Source of the DNA: Basidiobolus meristosporus CBS 931.73
Taxonomy: Eukaryota > Fungi > Basidiobolomycota
Length of the DNA stretch: 58,560 nt
NCBI GenBank assembly: GCA_002104905.1
Contig: MCFE01000556.1
Span: 1 to 58,560 of the forward strand
Reading direction: 5' to 3'
The notes below the pieces were generated by a model, which searched no databases, had not been told where the DNA came from, and saw nothing but the letters and a program-made list of their open reading frames with translations. The position numbers and the translations under genes were made by a program. Positions 35,322-49,945 of the stretch are shown in pieces (position 1 is the first letter of the stretch; each line of letters starts with the position of its first letter).

Positions 35322-35626
35322 GTTTATGGGTTGAACACCCCCGACCTCAGCGCTTATATAGTGCGGGATGATGTGTGCGAGGAGGATGATGTAGCGGTGA
35401 TCTCATGAATAGTCATCATAGCATTTATTTACAAAACCGGGAGGGGGGGGGGAAATCAAAGAAAAAAGGCAGGAAAGATATTGGAGATAGATGCGTTCCA
35501 GAGACGACCAATTATTTGAACATTCGAGAACCCTTCTAAAAACGCTGGACGGTTTTCGAGATGTTTCGGGCGAAGAAATTATGTGCACGAATCAAGCAAA
35601 ACTTTGGCGGTGTCCCTCTAATTAAA

Positions 35627-38364
35627 TTACTGAGATTCTTTGTCTCCCATGAAGTTCATGTTCGAGAGGAAATCCATGTTGCTGAATGAGTCCACATCCA
35701 GGTCGTCTCCCAGGCCAAGGTTCTCGTTGTCCATGTTGCTGAAGAAGCTGGTCAAGTCCTCGTCCATGATGAACTGATCGATGTCGATTGGGTTGGAAGG
35801 TGCGTTCGGGTCGTTACTTGAAGGTGGTGCCGAGCTTGCGGGTGGGTTGGCCGCGGTGGTAGCCGGAGTGTTCGGCATGGAAGCCGCCTAGGAGTATTTG
35901 CCATAAGATGTCTGTGCTTTGGAGGGTAGTAACAAATCCGGGCTTTACCTGTGGCTCTACCTTGTGTGCTTCAGTGTTGGGGAGTTGTGGACTTGATTGC
36001 GCACTCTTGGACTGGCCCTCCTTTAGCGGAGGCTGGGCTGCAGGTGTAGGCTTGTGAGGAGCTTTGGGTGAGGGGGTGACGCTCTTTTGAGGCTTGAAAA
36101 GTTTGGGGCTTTTAGCTGCTGCCGACTTGACTGGGGAGCCTCCACTGTTCGGGGGTGTAGCAGCAGCACCCGGAGTTGAGGCCATAGATGCACCGCCAGG
36201 AGGTGGGTTCGCTGGCTGTGCTTGATTGCCTCCATTGGCCTGCCCGTCAGCAGTGGTGTTAGGGCCTCGGGCATTGGGTAGATTTCCAGGTTTATTTTGA
36301 TTCGCCCCTTGAGGGCCTTGAAGCTGAGTCTGTGGCGACCGTTGGGGTGGCTGCTGCGGGGGACGCACTTGATTCTGTTGCGGTTGAGGCTGCTGTTGTT
36401 GCTGCTGCTGCTGCTGCTTCTGTTGCTGTTGCTGTTGCTGTTGCAACAACTGTTGATTCTGTGCCTGTTGCATTTTCTGTTGCTGCATTCTGATGAATTG
36501 ATGCTGCTGCATCATCATTTGATTGATGTTACCCATGTTGGCCCCGAGCATGGCGACGTTCTGGGGAGACATGTTGCCAGCGGCACTTCCTTGCTGCATG
36601 GCTTGGCCACCCATCATCATGTTGCTCTGCTGCTGCTGTTGCATATACATGTTTCGCTGTAGGATTTGTAGTTGCTAGAGGGCATCAAAAGATTATTCAC
36701 CGCCGTCAATAGATTGCTAGTGAAAGGAACCCAACCTGTGGAGAGAGATTCTGGGGCCATCCTTTACCTAGCAGCTGCGCTTGATTGGGGTTCTGGCCGG
36801 GATTGTTCGCTAGGGGATACGAGCCATCGAATTAGTACGCAGGAAACAACGCAACAGGAAACACCGGTCGTTACCAATAAACTGGGCCATGTTCATGTTA
36901 GGCCCGACATTGGGGGGCCCATTGGTCGTCGGGCTCGCGCTCTGCCCCATGACTGGAGAGAAGCCTGCGATTGAGGTGGGCCCCATGGAGTTGGGCCGAG
37001 GTCTCTTGGGATCTGGTGGGGAGGCAGATGCATTCATGGATGCCGCCAGCGCCGCATTCTAGTTCAACCCAGGACCGGTCAAGATTGATTCGGCTAAGAG
37101 AGACGCACGATACGTACCATGGTTGGAGGGGACATCATGCCAGGCTGTCCACCCTGTTGCTGCTGCTGCAACGCCATCTGGCCAGGAGCCATTCCACCCA
37201 TTCCCGGCATAGCACTGTCAACAAGTTAGTGGCAGTCAAGCATCACAACCAGAGGCCCACTTACCCTCCGGGTCTTTGCATCTGGGCGGCGATCTGCTGC
37301 TGCATGATTTGCGGCTTCTTCATGAACGCCAAGATCATTTGCTACATCAACAAGTGGTCAGCCCCTGGTTCCCGCGAAATCCCGACACTGTACCGCAAGC
37401 TCACCTTCTCATTTGGGCTCAAGGAATTGATGTCGCGCCCCGCAAACCCAAGCCCTTGCATGATTTGCTGCAGGATCGCCTGGTTGGTGGCGGCTGGTCT
37501 CATTCCGGGTGGCCCACCGGCAGCCTGCATCTGCGAGGTCTGGTTCTGTGCTTGAGTGCTCGGATCCCCGATGTTCATCTGGTTGCCTGGAAGCTGGGCG
37601 TTGGCCTGTGGCGGCGAAAACACCGCTTGGCCGTTGAAGCCTGCGGAGAGGTTGGGTGGATGCTGGTTAGCCCCCGAGGTGGTGTTAATCACCGGGGAAT
37701 TCGGCTTTGCGGTTAGATTCAATTGGGGTTTGTTGACGTTAGGACTGGTTGCTCGATTAGGTTGGCTTCTTTGCGCACCCACCTGTGGACTTGACAACTG
37801 CTGCGCCGGTCCGCTGGACATTATGCTCTGCCCCAGCTGTTGGGAAGACTGGCTCATCATTTTCTGCATCTGCTGTTGCTGGGTGAGCTGCCTGCTCTGG
37901 TTTTTGATGTTCTGCGCCTAACGAGTACAAGCTAGTTAATACAAATCCTCTCTCTCGACGGCTGGAAAGGAGGTGTCGTGGACGGCTAGGTCCGCTGGCT
38001 CGAGGGGATGGATCGACCGCCCACGAACCTCCCTCACTTTACCTCAACGAAAGCCTGGGCATCTTTGCTGCCGGACTTGTTGGTCTTTGCCGAAAAGATA
38101 TCCCAAAACACCGCCCACCACTCGTAAAGGAACCCGTTGGGGGAGTCGATGGGAACCTGTGAGTCGCGGGCCACCTGAGCGTCGTTCAGAAATGCCTGGG
38201 CCGCGGAGTTCCAGTTCCGCTTCAGACAGTAGTCGTATATGTATATATTAAGCCTGATACGGGTGGAAAACGCGTTAATACCCTGAGAGGGTGGAGAAGG
38301 TCATTGGGGAGGTAGCCTACATCTTGTCGCCTTCCCAAACGTTTTTCGGGGTTGGTTGGGTCAT
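35627..38364 (-). CDS. LisH-domain Gln-rich transcriptional regulator (Flo8/Som1/SSBP-like), multi-exon
   Basis: Spliced N-terminus MTQPTPKNVWEGDKM|LNIYIYDYCLKR..PIDSPNGFLYEWWAVFWDIF; poly-Q tract at about 36380-36450; acidic C-terminus. Confidence 0.88.
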
Positions 38365-39518
38365 GATTAGATTAGAGAGTTTTTATGTGCTGAGATGATG
38401 GGGTCAAAGGTATCAAAATAGCCTCGGTCGCGTTCAAGAACTGGCTATTTACGTGTCCTTCGCGATAATATATCCGTCCAATATAAGTGAAGGTTGGGGT
38501 TTTCTGATCTCTGGGAAGATCCGAGCTAGAGTGGAGGGTAAACGAGGGTGAGAACTGGGGCAAGTGAAGTTGGCCGAGGAGGCAGAATTCACCTCGATAT
38601 CCAATAAATAGGCAAGAAGCACAGATATGGTCTAGCGTGGGGTGGACTCCTCTCAGGTAGACGTACGTATACAAAACTGGTGCACTGGTCCAACGTTAAC
38701 TAAGAAGGGGGAAGTTATACGTTTGTTTACAAGTAGGTTCTCTTGTCAGATAAACTTGGAAGTTCGGGGGTGCAACGGTGCCTTTAATGATGGTTCCAAC
38801 AAAAGGTGACCTAGAATCAAATAATTCGAGTGGGAAATCCATCGTATTCCGCTTTTCTCGATAATTTATCAGGATACGCGATTGGCCTGGGAGTGTACGA
38901 CACGCGCTCATCACTGGTTAAATATAGAATACAGCGAGGAAAATCCAGGGAATTTCGTAGCAAAAACCACACCAAAACTAGGAGGGCAAAGGGCTGAAGA
39001 GGTCAACGCACGAAGACCGAGTACAACAAACGATTAGGCCCAAATCAAATTGTTACATGATGCAAGGAACAAACAATCCCGGACCATCTCCCCGACGATG
39101 GTGTTCCGTTTTTGTGGCTTGTTACCAATGCGAATCTTACGATATTGGGCTTGCCGGGAGGGATCGGTGAGTTTACTAAGTCCCAAATGCCTTTAAGAAT
39201 GTGTCACCATTACTCAACTGTCAACCTAATTCGCCTAACCATACAATCTACTCAGGCCATTCGCCCATTTATGATGGGATTTTCTACACGCGACAAATAG
39301 AATGCGTCATTGCTATTCGCAGCAACATGGTATTTATGGGAGATTTATTCCTCGATCGTTATGAAGTGAAAGAGTGGCTTTTAGAACGTACAATTGAGAT
39401 AGTGTTCCGTTCCCCATGGGCAAATTAACTAATGTTTCATGAGTTTAATAGAAATGTGGGGAATCTGGAGCGTTATAATATGCAGTAATCGAGAAAGTTA
39501 TGGAAGTATGCCGAATAT

Positions 39519-41303
39519 TTAGATGAAGGATTTGACGAAGTCAGGGATGACAGTGCGGAGCTTCTTATCGGTTTCCTCGGTGATTTGTCCCTCTCTCTTG
39601 ATGGCCTCGAGGATGTCAGCGTGGTTGCTGTTCATGTGAGGAAGGAAGGCGGTTTCGAACTCGACGATGCGCTTGACATCGACCTTGTCCAAGAAACCGT
39701 TGACACCAGCGAAGATGATGGCAACCTGTTGCTCAACAGGGAGAGGCTTGTATTGAGGTTGCTTCAACAACTCGGTGAGACGGGCACCACGGTTGAGCAA
39801 GAATTGAGTGGAGGCATCCAAGTCGGAGCCGAACTGGGCGAAGGCAGCAACTTCACGGTACTGGGCCAAGAAGAGCTTGAGGGAACCTGCGACTTGCTTC
39901 ATGGCCTTGGTTTGGGCGGCGGAACCGACACGTGAGACGGAAATACCGACGTTAATGGCGGGACGGATACCCTTGAAGAACAGTTCAGCTTCCAAGAAGA
40001 TCTGACCATCGGTGATGGAAATGACGTTGGTAGGAATGTAGGCAGACACATCACCACCCTGGGTCTCGATAATGGGGAGAGCGGTCAAGGAGCCGGAACC
40101 GAAGTTCTTGTTCATCTTTGCGGCACGCTCCAAAAGTCTGGAATGGAGGTAGAAGACATCACCAGGGTAGGCTTCACGGCCAGGAGGACGACGAAGCAAG
40201 AGTGACATTTGACGGTAAGCGACAGCTTGCTTGGACAAATCGTCGAATACAATCAAAGCGTGCTTGCCGTTGTCACGGAAGTATTCGCCCATGGCGCAGC
40301 CGGAGTAGGGGGCCAAGAACTGGAGAGGAGCGGCTTCGGAGGCGGTGGCAGCAACGACGATGGAGTACTTCATGGCGTCGTTCTCTTCCAAGGTCTTGAC
40401 GAACTGGGCGACGGTGGATCTCTTTTGGCCGATAGCGACATAGACACAGTACAACTTCTTGGACTCGTCGTCGGCGTCGTTCCACTTCTTTTGGTTGAGG
40501 ATGGTGTCGAGGGCAACAGCGGTCTTACCGGTCTGACGATCACCGATAATCAACTCACGCTGACCACGACCGATGGGAAGCATAGAGTCGATGGACTTCA
40601 TACCGGTTTGCATAGGCTCGTGGACGGATTGACGAGGGATGATACCAGGGGCCTTGACTTGGACACGTTGGCGAGTGGCGCCGTTGATGGGACCCTTACC
40701 GTCAATGGGGTTACCAAGGGCATCAACAACACGGCCGAGCAAACCCTCACCGGTAGGGACATCGACAATGTTACCGGTACGCTTGACAGTGTCACCTTCC
40801 TTGATCAAACGATCGTTACCGAAAACGACGATACCGACGTTGTCGGGCTCCAAGTTAAGAGCCATTCCCTGGACACCAGAGGAGAACTCCACCATCTCTT
40901 CGGCCTGGACGTTCTTAAGGCCATAGACACGGGCAATACCATCACCAACGGAGAGAACACGTCCAGTTTCGTTGATGTCTGAGGAGTCGGAGAGACCGAG
41001 GATGCGTTCCTCGAGGATGGAGGAGACTTCGGAGGTGGCTGGACAACGGCTTAGTGTCTGTCGACGCATGGTTCAACGTATCAAAAAAACCTACTTGGCT
41101 TGGCACCGGCAGCGGTCATGGGGCTGGCGGAGAAGAATCTAGCAGCCATAGAAAGGGCGCCGACATTTTGGCGAGCCTATATGGGAAGTTAAGGCATCTT
41201 AGTAAGCGCCGATGGCATAGAGGAGTCTCGCTCGACTTACAGCAGAGGCGGCGCTGCGAGCAATGACCTGGCGAGAAGCTACACGAAGAGTGTTTCTAAG
41301 CAT
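39519..41303 (-). CDS. ATP1: Mitochondrial F1 ATP synthase alpha subunit (two 5' introns)
   Basis: GDRQTGKT Walker [22 protein letters not shown]; spliced presequence [12 protein letters not shown] from 41303. Confidence 0.98.
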
Positions 41304-41993
41304 TTTGACCTAACCGGGAGATAAGTGAAAAGCGAGGGAGAATAAACCGACTGGACAACCGTTGAGGTTCGATCAAATCAGTGTATAGTATTGAAGAGGT
41401 GGGGTGGAAATTTTTTATAGAGACCCCCGTTCGTGCTCACCACTTCCCCATCCGTTGAGCTTTCCTCACCCTGGATCAGACTCCCGCCGAGAGCATTTTT
41501 TTCTTGATTGGCTCCTGGTTCCCCACGACCATCATGGCTGATGGCGATGGGGTGGCTGCTTAACTTCGTCTCAAGCCTAAACACACTCGGCCGGTTTCCC
41601 GCTTAACTTAATCCGAAACCTAGACCGCCTGGAATTACGTGGATGACAGAGGTGGGAATCGATGGGAATGATGCACCTGTGCTAGCTTAATTTGCCATAT
41701 ATTTAATACAAGTTTGTAATCCAATCATTTCCCATGTGAACAGGGCACAAATTTGATGAAATCATCATCTTCGTACGTGTTAGCGTATTTTCTGCCTGAT
41801 TGGAATTATGCCCAGTGATTGCCAACTGCACAATGGGATTTTCAACTACTAAAAAAAATCAAGAGGATTTCGCTGCCTTACACAGGAACTTTGCCTTGTT
41901 GTTTCGTCCCTCACTTCAACCAGTAGCTTTTTCTTCCCACCACTCTAATTTGTAGTACTCCCCCCTTTTTATATTTCTCTTTTGTATCTCGAT

Positions 41994-43903
41994 ATGGCTG
42001 AAGTTGACGGAGGATGGAAATTCGCCCAGTGTTTTGGTGACAAAGGTGATGTCGAGGACATCTCTGAAGGTATGTGAAGTGGCTTTATTTCCAAATCTAC
42101 GCACTTTTGCCTGGTTTCCAGCCGGCCATCCTTCTGTGCGTGGCTCAATTCCGCCACTACTCGTCATCCCCCTGTCTCTCTCTTCATCTGGCCCTACTTT
42201 TGCTTTGGCAAAACTGACCCATCTTTCAACTTCTGTAGTCGATATTATTTCTACCGTAGAGTTCGACCACACCGGTGATTATCTTGCTACTGGTGATAGA
42301 GGTGGCAGAGTGGTGTTGTTTGAAAGGAACGACGGTGTATGTGCTTCTCGGGTACCTTGTCCACAGGTCGTATCATTTAACTCCTTCCAATTGTAGAAAA
42401 AGGGATGCGAATACAAGTTTCACACCGAATTCCAGTCCCACGAGCCTGAGTTCGATTACCTGAAGAGTTTAGAGATTGAAGAAAGAATCAACAAGATAAG
42501 ATGGTGCAAGCGTCAGAACTCTGCCCATTTCCTACTTTCCACGAATGGTATGTCCCTGGAAACAGCCCGTTCGGCGGTACTCTCTTGAGCTGACTTCTGA
42601 TTCCTATTTCAGACAAAACCATCAAGTTGTGGAAAGTTTTCGAGAAATCCCTCAAAGTTGTCTCGGAGAAAAACCTGACCGATGGTCTGGCCAGGCCGCT
42701 CCTCAACACCAGCTCGTTGAAGCTTCCTAAGCTCACCCACCACGACACCATTGTTGCTGCCGTCCCCCGCAAGGTCTACGCCAATGCGCACGCCTACCAT
42801 ATCAACTCCATCTCCATCAATTCCGATGGGGAGACCTACCTGTCGGCGATGACCTCCGAATCAACCTCTGGAACCTGAACATCAGCGACCAAAGCTTCAG
42901 TATCTTTTTGTTGGGTTTGCGTTTGCATTTGCGTTTGCCTTGAATGTCCACTTCATATGTCGTCCTTGACTTGGTTTTCCTAGACATTGTTGATATCAAG
43001 CCGGCCAACATGGAGGAGCTCACCGAGGTCATCACCGCCTCGGAGTTCCACCCGTCACATTGTAATATGCTGATGTATAGCAGCAGCAAGGGAACTATCA
43101 AGTTGTGCGACATGAGAGAGGCGGCCCTCTGCGACCGATATGCGAAGAGTATGGGGCTCTACAGCAGTATCCACGTTGTGGCTTGGTTTCTAACTGGATT
43201 TGTTTACAGTGTTTGAGGAAGAGGAGGACCCTAGCAGCAGATCGTTCTTCTCGGAAATCATTTCCTCCATCTCCGATGTGAAGTTCAGCAATGACGGGCG
43301 CTACATCATCTCTCGCGATTACCTCACCTTGAAGATCTGGGACATCAACATGGACAGCAAGCCCGTGGAGACCATCAATGTCCATGACTACCTTCGTAGC
43401 AAACTGTGCGACCTTTACGAGAACGATTGCATCTTCGACAAGTTCGAATGCAATGTAAGCGGCGATGGAAAGTATCCTTTTGAACTGTATGTGTTGGTTG
43501 GATCCTTGTGCCATTGCTCGTTATCCTTGACTTGACCACGTAGCTCCATTCTCACCGGGTCTTACAGCAACTACTTCAGCATCTTCGATGTGAACACCAA
43601 GAACGAGGTTACCCTGCAGGCCGACAAGAGCGCATTCAAGGCCAAGCGTGTCGGGTCCACCAAGAACAAGCTGAGCTTCGGTCGCGGGGCCAAGAATGGC
43701 AAGAAGGAAGACATCAACCCGGACACCATGGATTTCAACAAGAAGATCCTCCACACCTCATGGCATCCAAGGGAGAGCACGATTGCCGTGGCTGCAACCA
43801 ACAATCTTTTTATCTTCTCGTAAGCAACCCCCACCTCACCTCATGTCGCTCGCGAGGCCAGCCCAACTAACCCACCGATTCCCCCTGTAGGCAAGCGCAC
43901 TAA
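41994..43903 (+). CDS. CDC55: PP2A B55 regulatory subunit, multi-exon; apparent 1-bp deletion at about 42846; ends at 43823 or, if a last intron is spliced, 43903
   Basis: [76 protein letters not shown]. Confidence 0.95.
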
Positions 43904-44143
43904 TCACAATGTTAATCTTTTGAAAATATTCTGTTTCTACTCGAACATCTCTTCTTTCTCCCTCTATTTAATCACCACCCCACCATCCGTATGTTCTTGT
44001 TGATACTTATACTTCGTAGAACAGACCCCCTCACTTCCACACAAAATTTGTAAATGTTTGAAAGTTTATATGTTCTCTACTGACGATAACCCTATCATGT
44101 TTGTATACCAGTGTAATAAACATTAGATACAAATCTACACGCG

Positions 44144-46192
44144 TCAAGCTTTGTAAAGGCAGTCCAGGTATCCTTTGACTACGTCGTCCAGAATCGACTT
44201 GTCTGGGATGGTTGCCGCGGAGCCGTACATGGCGGCGGTGGAGCCGGCATCCTGCGAAGGGTTGTTCTTGACTTGGGCGACCGAGTCGGCCAAATCCTTG
44301 AGGAATTGGTCCACGGTGGGGACGGTGGCGAGGGTACAGGCGATGTGCATGGCGGGTGGGTTCTGTAGAGCATTGAGGCTCCAGCCGCGGCTCGACATGG
44401 CGTCGTTGATGGCGTAGATGTTGAGGTTGTGGGAGCCGAAGGCCACGACCGAGACCAAAGGATCTCCGAACACGAACAGATCCTCCATGGCAAGGACTCT
44501 GCGTATGGATGTTAGTCATACTTGTCAGATGGATGGGGGCTGGCCACGACCTACCCTCTCTTGATCTCCTGAGCGGCTTGCACGATCCTCTGCGTGGAGT
44601 CGACGTATCCCGACAAGCCCATCTTGGTCATGGCGGTCCAGCAGCCGGCCACTAGAGCTCCGGGTCTGCCCGATGGGTTAGTACGGCCAAGCGAGACGAG
44701 TCTCTTGCATCACGTTACCTGGATCCAGGGATGGTTGGGGAGGCATAGATACCGCCAGTCCACGATTGCGCGACGAAGTACTGGAATTGGCGAGTCTTCT
44801 TCGAGGCGTACATGATCACCGATGAGCCCTTGGGGGCGAAGCCGTACTACATGCAACAAGAGTGCTTAGAGGGCGGGCGCAGCTGGCAACCCAGTGAATC
44901 GAGCTTACCTTGTGGGTGTCGCAGGAGATGGAGGTAACCCCTGGAACTCGGAAGTCGAATGGAGGAATGGTGAATCCGGCCTTTTCCATAAATGGCAGCA
45001 GGAAGCCACCAAGACAGCAGTCGACATGAAGTGGGATGTTGTACTTGACGGCAATCTTGGCCAATTCTGGGACGTCGTCAATGATGCCGTGAGGGAACCC
45101 GATTGCGGAGCCAACAATCTAAAGGACGGTGGGGTGTTGAGCGTGGCGTCGTGGCGTGGATCCCGTGCATGAATGTCTTACCATGACTGTGTTCCAGTTG
45201 ATGGCTCTCTTGACTGCTTTGATGTCGACCTTCCAGGTTTTCTTGTCAACCGGAACGTGGACAAGCCTGATCCCGAAGTAGTCGGCCGCTTTATCGAACG
45301 CCGCGTGGCCGGTCACTGGCACGATCCTAAGAAAGAGACAAGTCACTGATGAGAGGTGCCGCTGGCATGGGTGCTTGCAAAAAGAGGGTACATTTCTGGC
45401 TCGGTGATTCCTTTGAGTTCACGACCCATCTCGCGATAAGCCCTGCAAGCCATCAGGATACTCTCGGTGCCTCCAGATGTCATGGCACCGCCGGCATCGC
45501 TGGGGGCGTTGTACATGTTCAGTACCATGGAGATAACTTCCGCTTCCATCTGACGTACGCCTGGGAAGATATCAGCATGGAGAGGGTTGGATTGCGAGAA
45601 GATCGCATAGGCTTCAGAGGACAGCTCGTTGATTTTTTCCTCTGCGTGGTAGATGGTTCCGGAGATTTGTCCAGCTGTCCAGTCGATGGTGCCCATGTCC
45701 CTGTATCTATATCAAGTCACGAGGTAAATGTAAGGCAAATGCTGGAGGGGAGAGAGGCTTTGCTGGCTACCTTTGCAGCTCCGAACGCAGGGCCTGTTCA
45801 TCTAGACCCATCTCAGGCAGGGTCAGGTACTTCTTTTGTTCTGGATCGTTGGAAATTACGCTGTGCTCCATATCCTTCAGGGTTTTGTTGACTTCGGTTT
45901 GAATCTTATTTTGGACGCTTGGGATCATACGGAACAAACGGAAAATGCTCTATTGAAGGCAGGTTAGTTGGCCTGGTGGTTGGAGAGAACCGAAGGCGGA
46001 ACTAGATACCCTCTTGGTCTTCTCCGAGATCTCTTGAAGGATTCCGGTTGGTCCTCTAAGCAACAAGATACGACCTAGTCTGGAGGCAGTGGTAATGGCA
46101 AAATAAAGTAAGGCAATGTTCTTGAAAGTGTTGGCCCGTGGAGAAGTCCCGAAGGTGGCCAAAGTGAGGCGAACTTGCTCGGCGGTCAACAT
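44144..46192 (-). CDS. DPL1: Sphingosine-1-phosphate lyase (PLP-dependent), multi-exon
   Basis: [54 protein letters not shown]. Confidence 0.95.
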
Positions 46193-46855
46193 GATGCTTC
46201 GAGGTATTGAGGGGACGCAAAGGTCTAGGGAAAGGGTTTACGAGGGCGGTCAACACAACGGGTGTTCTGAAAACTTCTGAGCTTGAGGTTAAAATACGTT
46301 AGTTACGCCGAGTTGTGTGAATCGGGAATCAGAGAAAATCTCATGGAATTGTCGCTTAGGTAAGTCACGGATGATTTGCTCACAATAGTGCAACAATCCA
46401 TGTGAAAATCTTCCCTCCACGCAATCCACTGTTCAGCACCATCTTGATGTGGTTGGCCTCTTAGCATTGAATCCAAACAATCCCATCCTCCTGGCGATGT
46501 AAGCACACAATCTCGACAAGCAAATGTAGGCCCAGAGTCTCGACCTTGAGCACTGAGGGTTGCAACGGAAATATCCGCAGCGAGCATGTAGTACAGTTTT
46601 TGGTAAATCAGTGACCAATGTATGATTAACGCTCTGGGCTTATGCCATGATCCCTATTTCCATGGCTAAATTAGGGAGGGAATTCAGTGAGCTGTCGACA
46701 TGGTGGCAATATCCAATTAATCCCATCATTCATGCCAAGTGGATTGCGGGGAATGAGTAGAAAAAAGGGTCACTCCCCGCAAAATCTCCTCACAATAAGC
46801 AGGCGTCCCGTTTCTACAAACAAATCCACCATTATTCACCATAGACAGTACTTCA

Positions 46856-49328
46856 ATGAACGACCTGATTCCGCTGGTGAATAAACTGCAAGACGTCTTC
46901 AATACCGTCGGTAATGATCAGCTCGATTTGCCGCAAATTGTGGTAGTAGGGTACGACTCCGCGCTTGGTTCCTTTCTCTCTATATACTGACGCTATGTTT
47001 CTCCCCACCTTTACATCCGCTCTTGCAGCTCGCAATCTTCAGGAAAATCCTCTGTGTTAGAGAATATCGTCGGTAGAGACTTCTTACCTAGAGGAAGCGG
47101 CATCGTTACACGGCGTCCATTGGTCTTTCAACTCGTCAACCTGCCCGAGAACTCCCTAATCCAGGAGTATGCCGAGTTCCTACACATCCCCGACAAGCGG
47201 TTTTCCGACTTGACGGAGGTTCGGGACGAGATTGAAAAGGAGACACTACGTGTCGCCGGCACCAACAAGGGGATCTCTAGAATTCCAATTCATTTGAAGA
47301 TCTACTCCACGAAAGTTCTCAACCTAACCCTGGTTGACCTCCCGGGATTAACAAAGGTACTTTCTTCCCCTTCATATGCCCCCGCCTCGTGCCAGACACT
47401 AAGCGCATGTATAGATTCCAGTTGGGGACCAACCAACAGATATTGAGAAACAAACCAGGCAGCTGATACTGGAGTATATTACCAAGCCCAACAGGTACCG
47501 ATGTTGGTGCATTTCACCACCACGTGCTCGTCGTCTAACCCATCGTATCGCCTAGCATAATCTTGGCTGTGAGCCCTGCCAATGTTGATATTGTAAATTC
47601 AGAAAGCTTAAAAGCCGCTAGAGAGGTGGATCCTGACGGTAAGCAGGTGTGCGGAGACTCCCCCCCCCCACCCGTTGACTAAACGACCATTGATCTAGGA
47701 ACTCGAACCGTGGGGGTGCTTACCAAGATTGACTTAATGGACGCGGGAACGAACGCCCTTGACATCCTGGCAGGTCGGGTGATTCACCTTCGGTTGGGTT
47801 TCATCGGTGTTGTTAATAGAAGCCAGCAAGACAATGTCACCAACACCACCATCTCCAAGGCGCTTGAGAAAGAGTCGGAGTTCTTCAAATCCCATCCCGC
47901 ATACAGAAGTATTGCTGACAAGTGCGGCACCGGGTACTTGGCGAAGACTCTGAACCATATCCTAGTGAAGCACATCCGCGAGAAGCTGCCCGACATGAAG
48001 GCCAAGCTCAACTCGTTGATTGGCCAGACACAGCAGGAGCTGAACACATACGGGGACGCCTCGTTGTCCCAGACCGTGAACCAAGGGGCGTTTGTTCTCA
48101 GCCTGCTTACCAAATTCTCCACTGGGTTCATCTCCTCCATCGACGGCACTTCACCAGAGTTTACCACATCCGAACTCTCCGGAGGCGCTCGTATATACTA
48201 CATATTCAACACCATACTAGGGACCGCGCTGGACTCCATCAGCCCTGGTGGGAATCTCTCTCTGCAGGATATCCGCACTGCCATTCGGAACTCCACCGGA
48301 CCTCGGCCATCCCTTTTCGTCCCGGAAATCGCATTTGAGCTTCTGGTCAAGCCCCAAATCAAGCGTCTGGAGGCCCCTAGTCTGCGCTGCGTGGAGCTTG
48401 CGTACGAGGAGCTCATCAAGATGTGTCATCACTCTACAAACAAGGTAAGCTGCCACATCTAGTCAGGCTCCCCGCCCACAGCTAACCCATGCATTCTCCC
48501 AGGAATTCCGCAAATATCCAAAGCTGTATTCCAAGATCATCGAGGTGGTGTCGGACCTCCTGAGGGAGCGACTGGAGCCCACCACTCGCTACGTGGAAAG
48601 CCTGATCAGTATCGAGATGGCCTATATCAACACAAACCACCCGGACTTCATTGGTGGTAGCGGCGCGCTTGCGGTGTTGGAGAAGAAGCTCAAGCAGAAG
48701 AAACGGGACCAAGAAATGCTGAAACGGGTAAGGCTCGCTCCCATGAGGCTCACGGTGAGCATGTCCTCTAACATCCCATCCACAGAATCACGCCTCGCCA
48801 GTCACTCCCGTGGTGAACACATCCAAAGAGGAGAAGGAGGTCGAGGAGACCAGCACTACGGAAAACGCCAGGTTTCTGAAGTACTTCTTCGGAAACAACA
48901 AAGGAAACGGGCAAGCCTCGAGCCCCAAGGGAGTTGTCAACGAGATGATCATGCCGGAAAAGCTCCACAACAATTACCCAACCCCCACCTCCGAGAAGCC
49001 ACTCACCCCCACTTCGGATGACGACGAGAGCAAGGACTTCTCGGAGCGAGAGGAGATGGAAACCCAGTTGATCCGATCCCTCATCACCTCCTACTTCAAC
49101 ATCGTACGGAAGTCCATTCAGGATCGCATCCCGAAAACCATCATGCACCTGCTGGTGAACTACACTCGGGAGAACATCCAGAACCGACTGGTGTCCGAGC
49201 TCTACAAGCAAGAGGCCTTCTCGGAGCTGCTACAGGAGGACGAGAACATCGTGGCCGAGCGAGAGAAATGCAAGACCATGCTCGACGTGTACCGCAAGGC
49301 CTTCGCCATTATAAGCGAAGCCATCTAA
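46856..49328 (+). CDS. DNM1: Dynamin-related GTPase for mitochondrial fission (Dnm1/Drp1), multi-exon
   Basis: [65 protein letters not shown]. Confidence 0.93.
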
Positions 49329-49945
49329 CCGAATGTCCCCCAAACTCACACCTCAATTAATGCCAGTTCCATCCACATTAAAGTCACCCATCATCATCTC
49401 ACATCAGTCAGTGCCATGGATAGACTAGCTCAGTGTGCAGACCCGCAGACTAGGCGGATTGGATGACGTCTGTAGATGGGTCAATCCAAGGGTGGAGAAG
49501 AGAGGAGATCATGATTAATATTCGCGCATGGCACTCTGCAGCTCAATAATTGCTCTTCAGAACAATCAGCGGCGGTTGGGGGCAGCCATTAGGTTTTAAT
49601 TTAATTTAGCGTTGCATCCTCGTTGTCATCGGAGAAATGGCCTTTGCAGCCAAGTAATTGGCATCTAGGGAGCACAGGAGTACATGGGAATACAGTTCAT
49701 TTCGGCTGCTCGCTCGCAAGCGTGATCAAGTAACGGCGGCCATGGTGGATTGGAATGTGATCGGATCAGGGGCTAGTGAGATCGGAGCAATAGGGGCTCG
49801 TGCCCCCTATCCAGAGGCACCCATGGGGGACCATCTATATAACCACATCCCAGGTTCTCGTCCGATCCAATTATCCATCTTTTGATCACCTATTCTTAAT
49901 CTTGGTGAAGTTTTGCCCTGATTCCTATAGATTGCTTCACATTAG

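Noticed and set aside
39070-39428. Possible small spliced CDS (GTGAGT..CTAAC..CAG intron at 39167-39255)
   Set aside because: Splice signals are plausible, but there is no start codon in frame and no recognisable product
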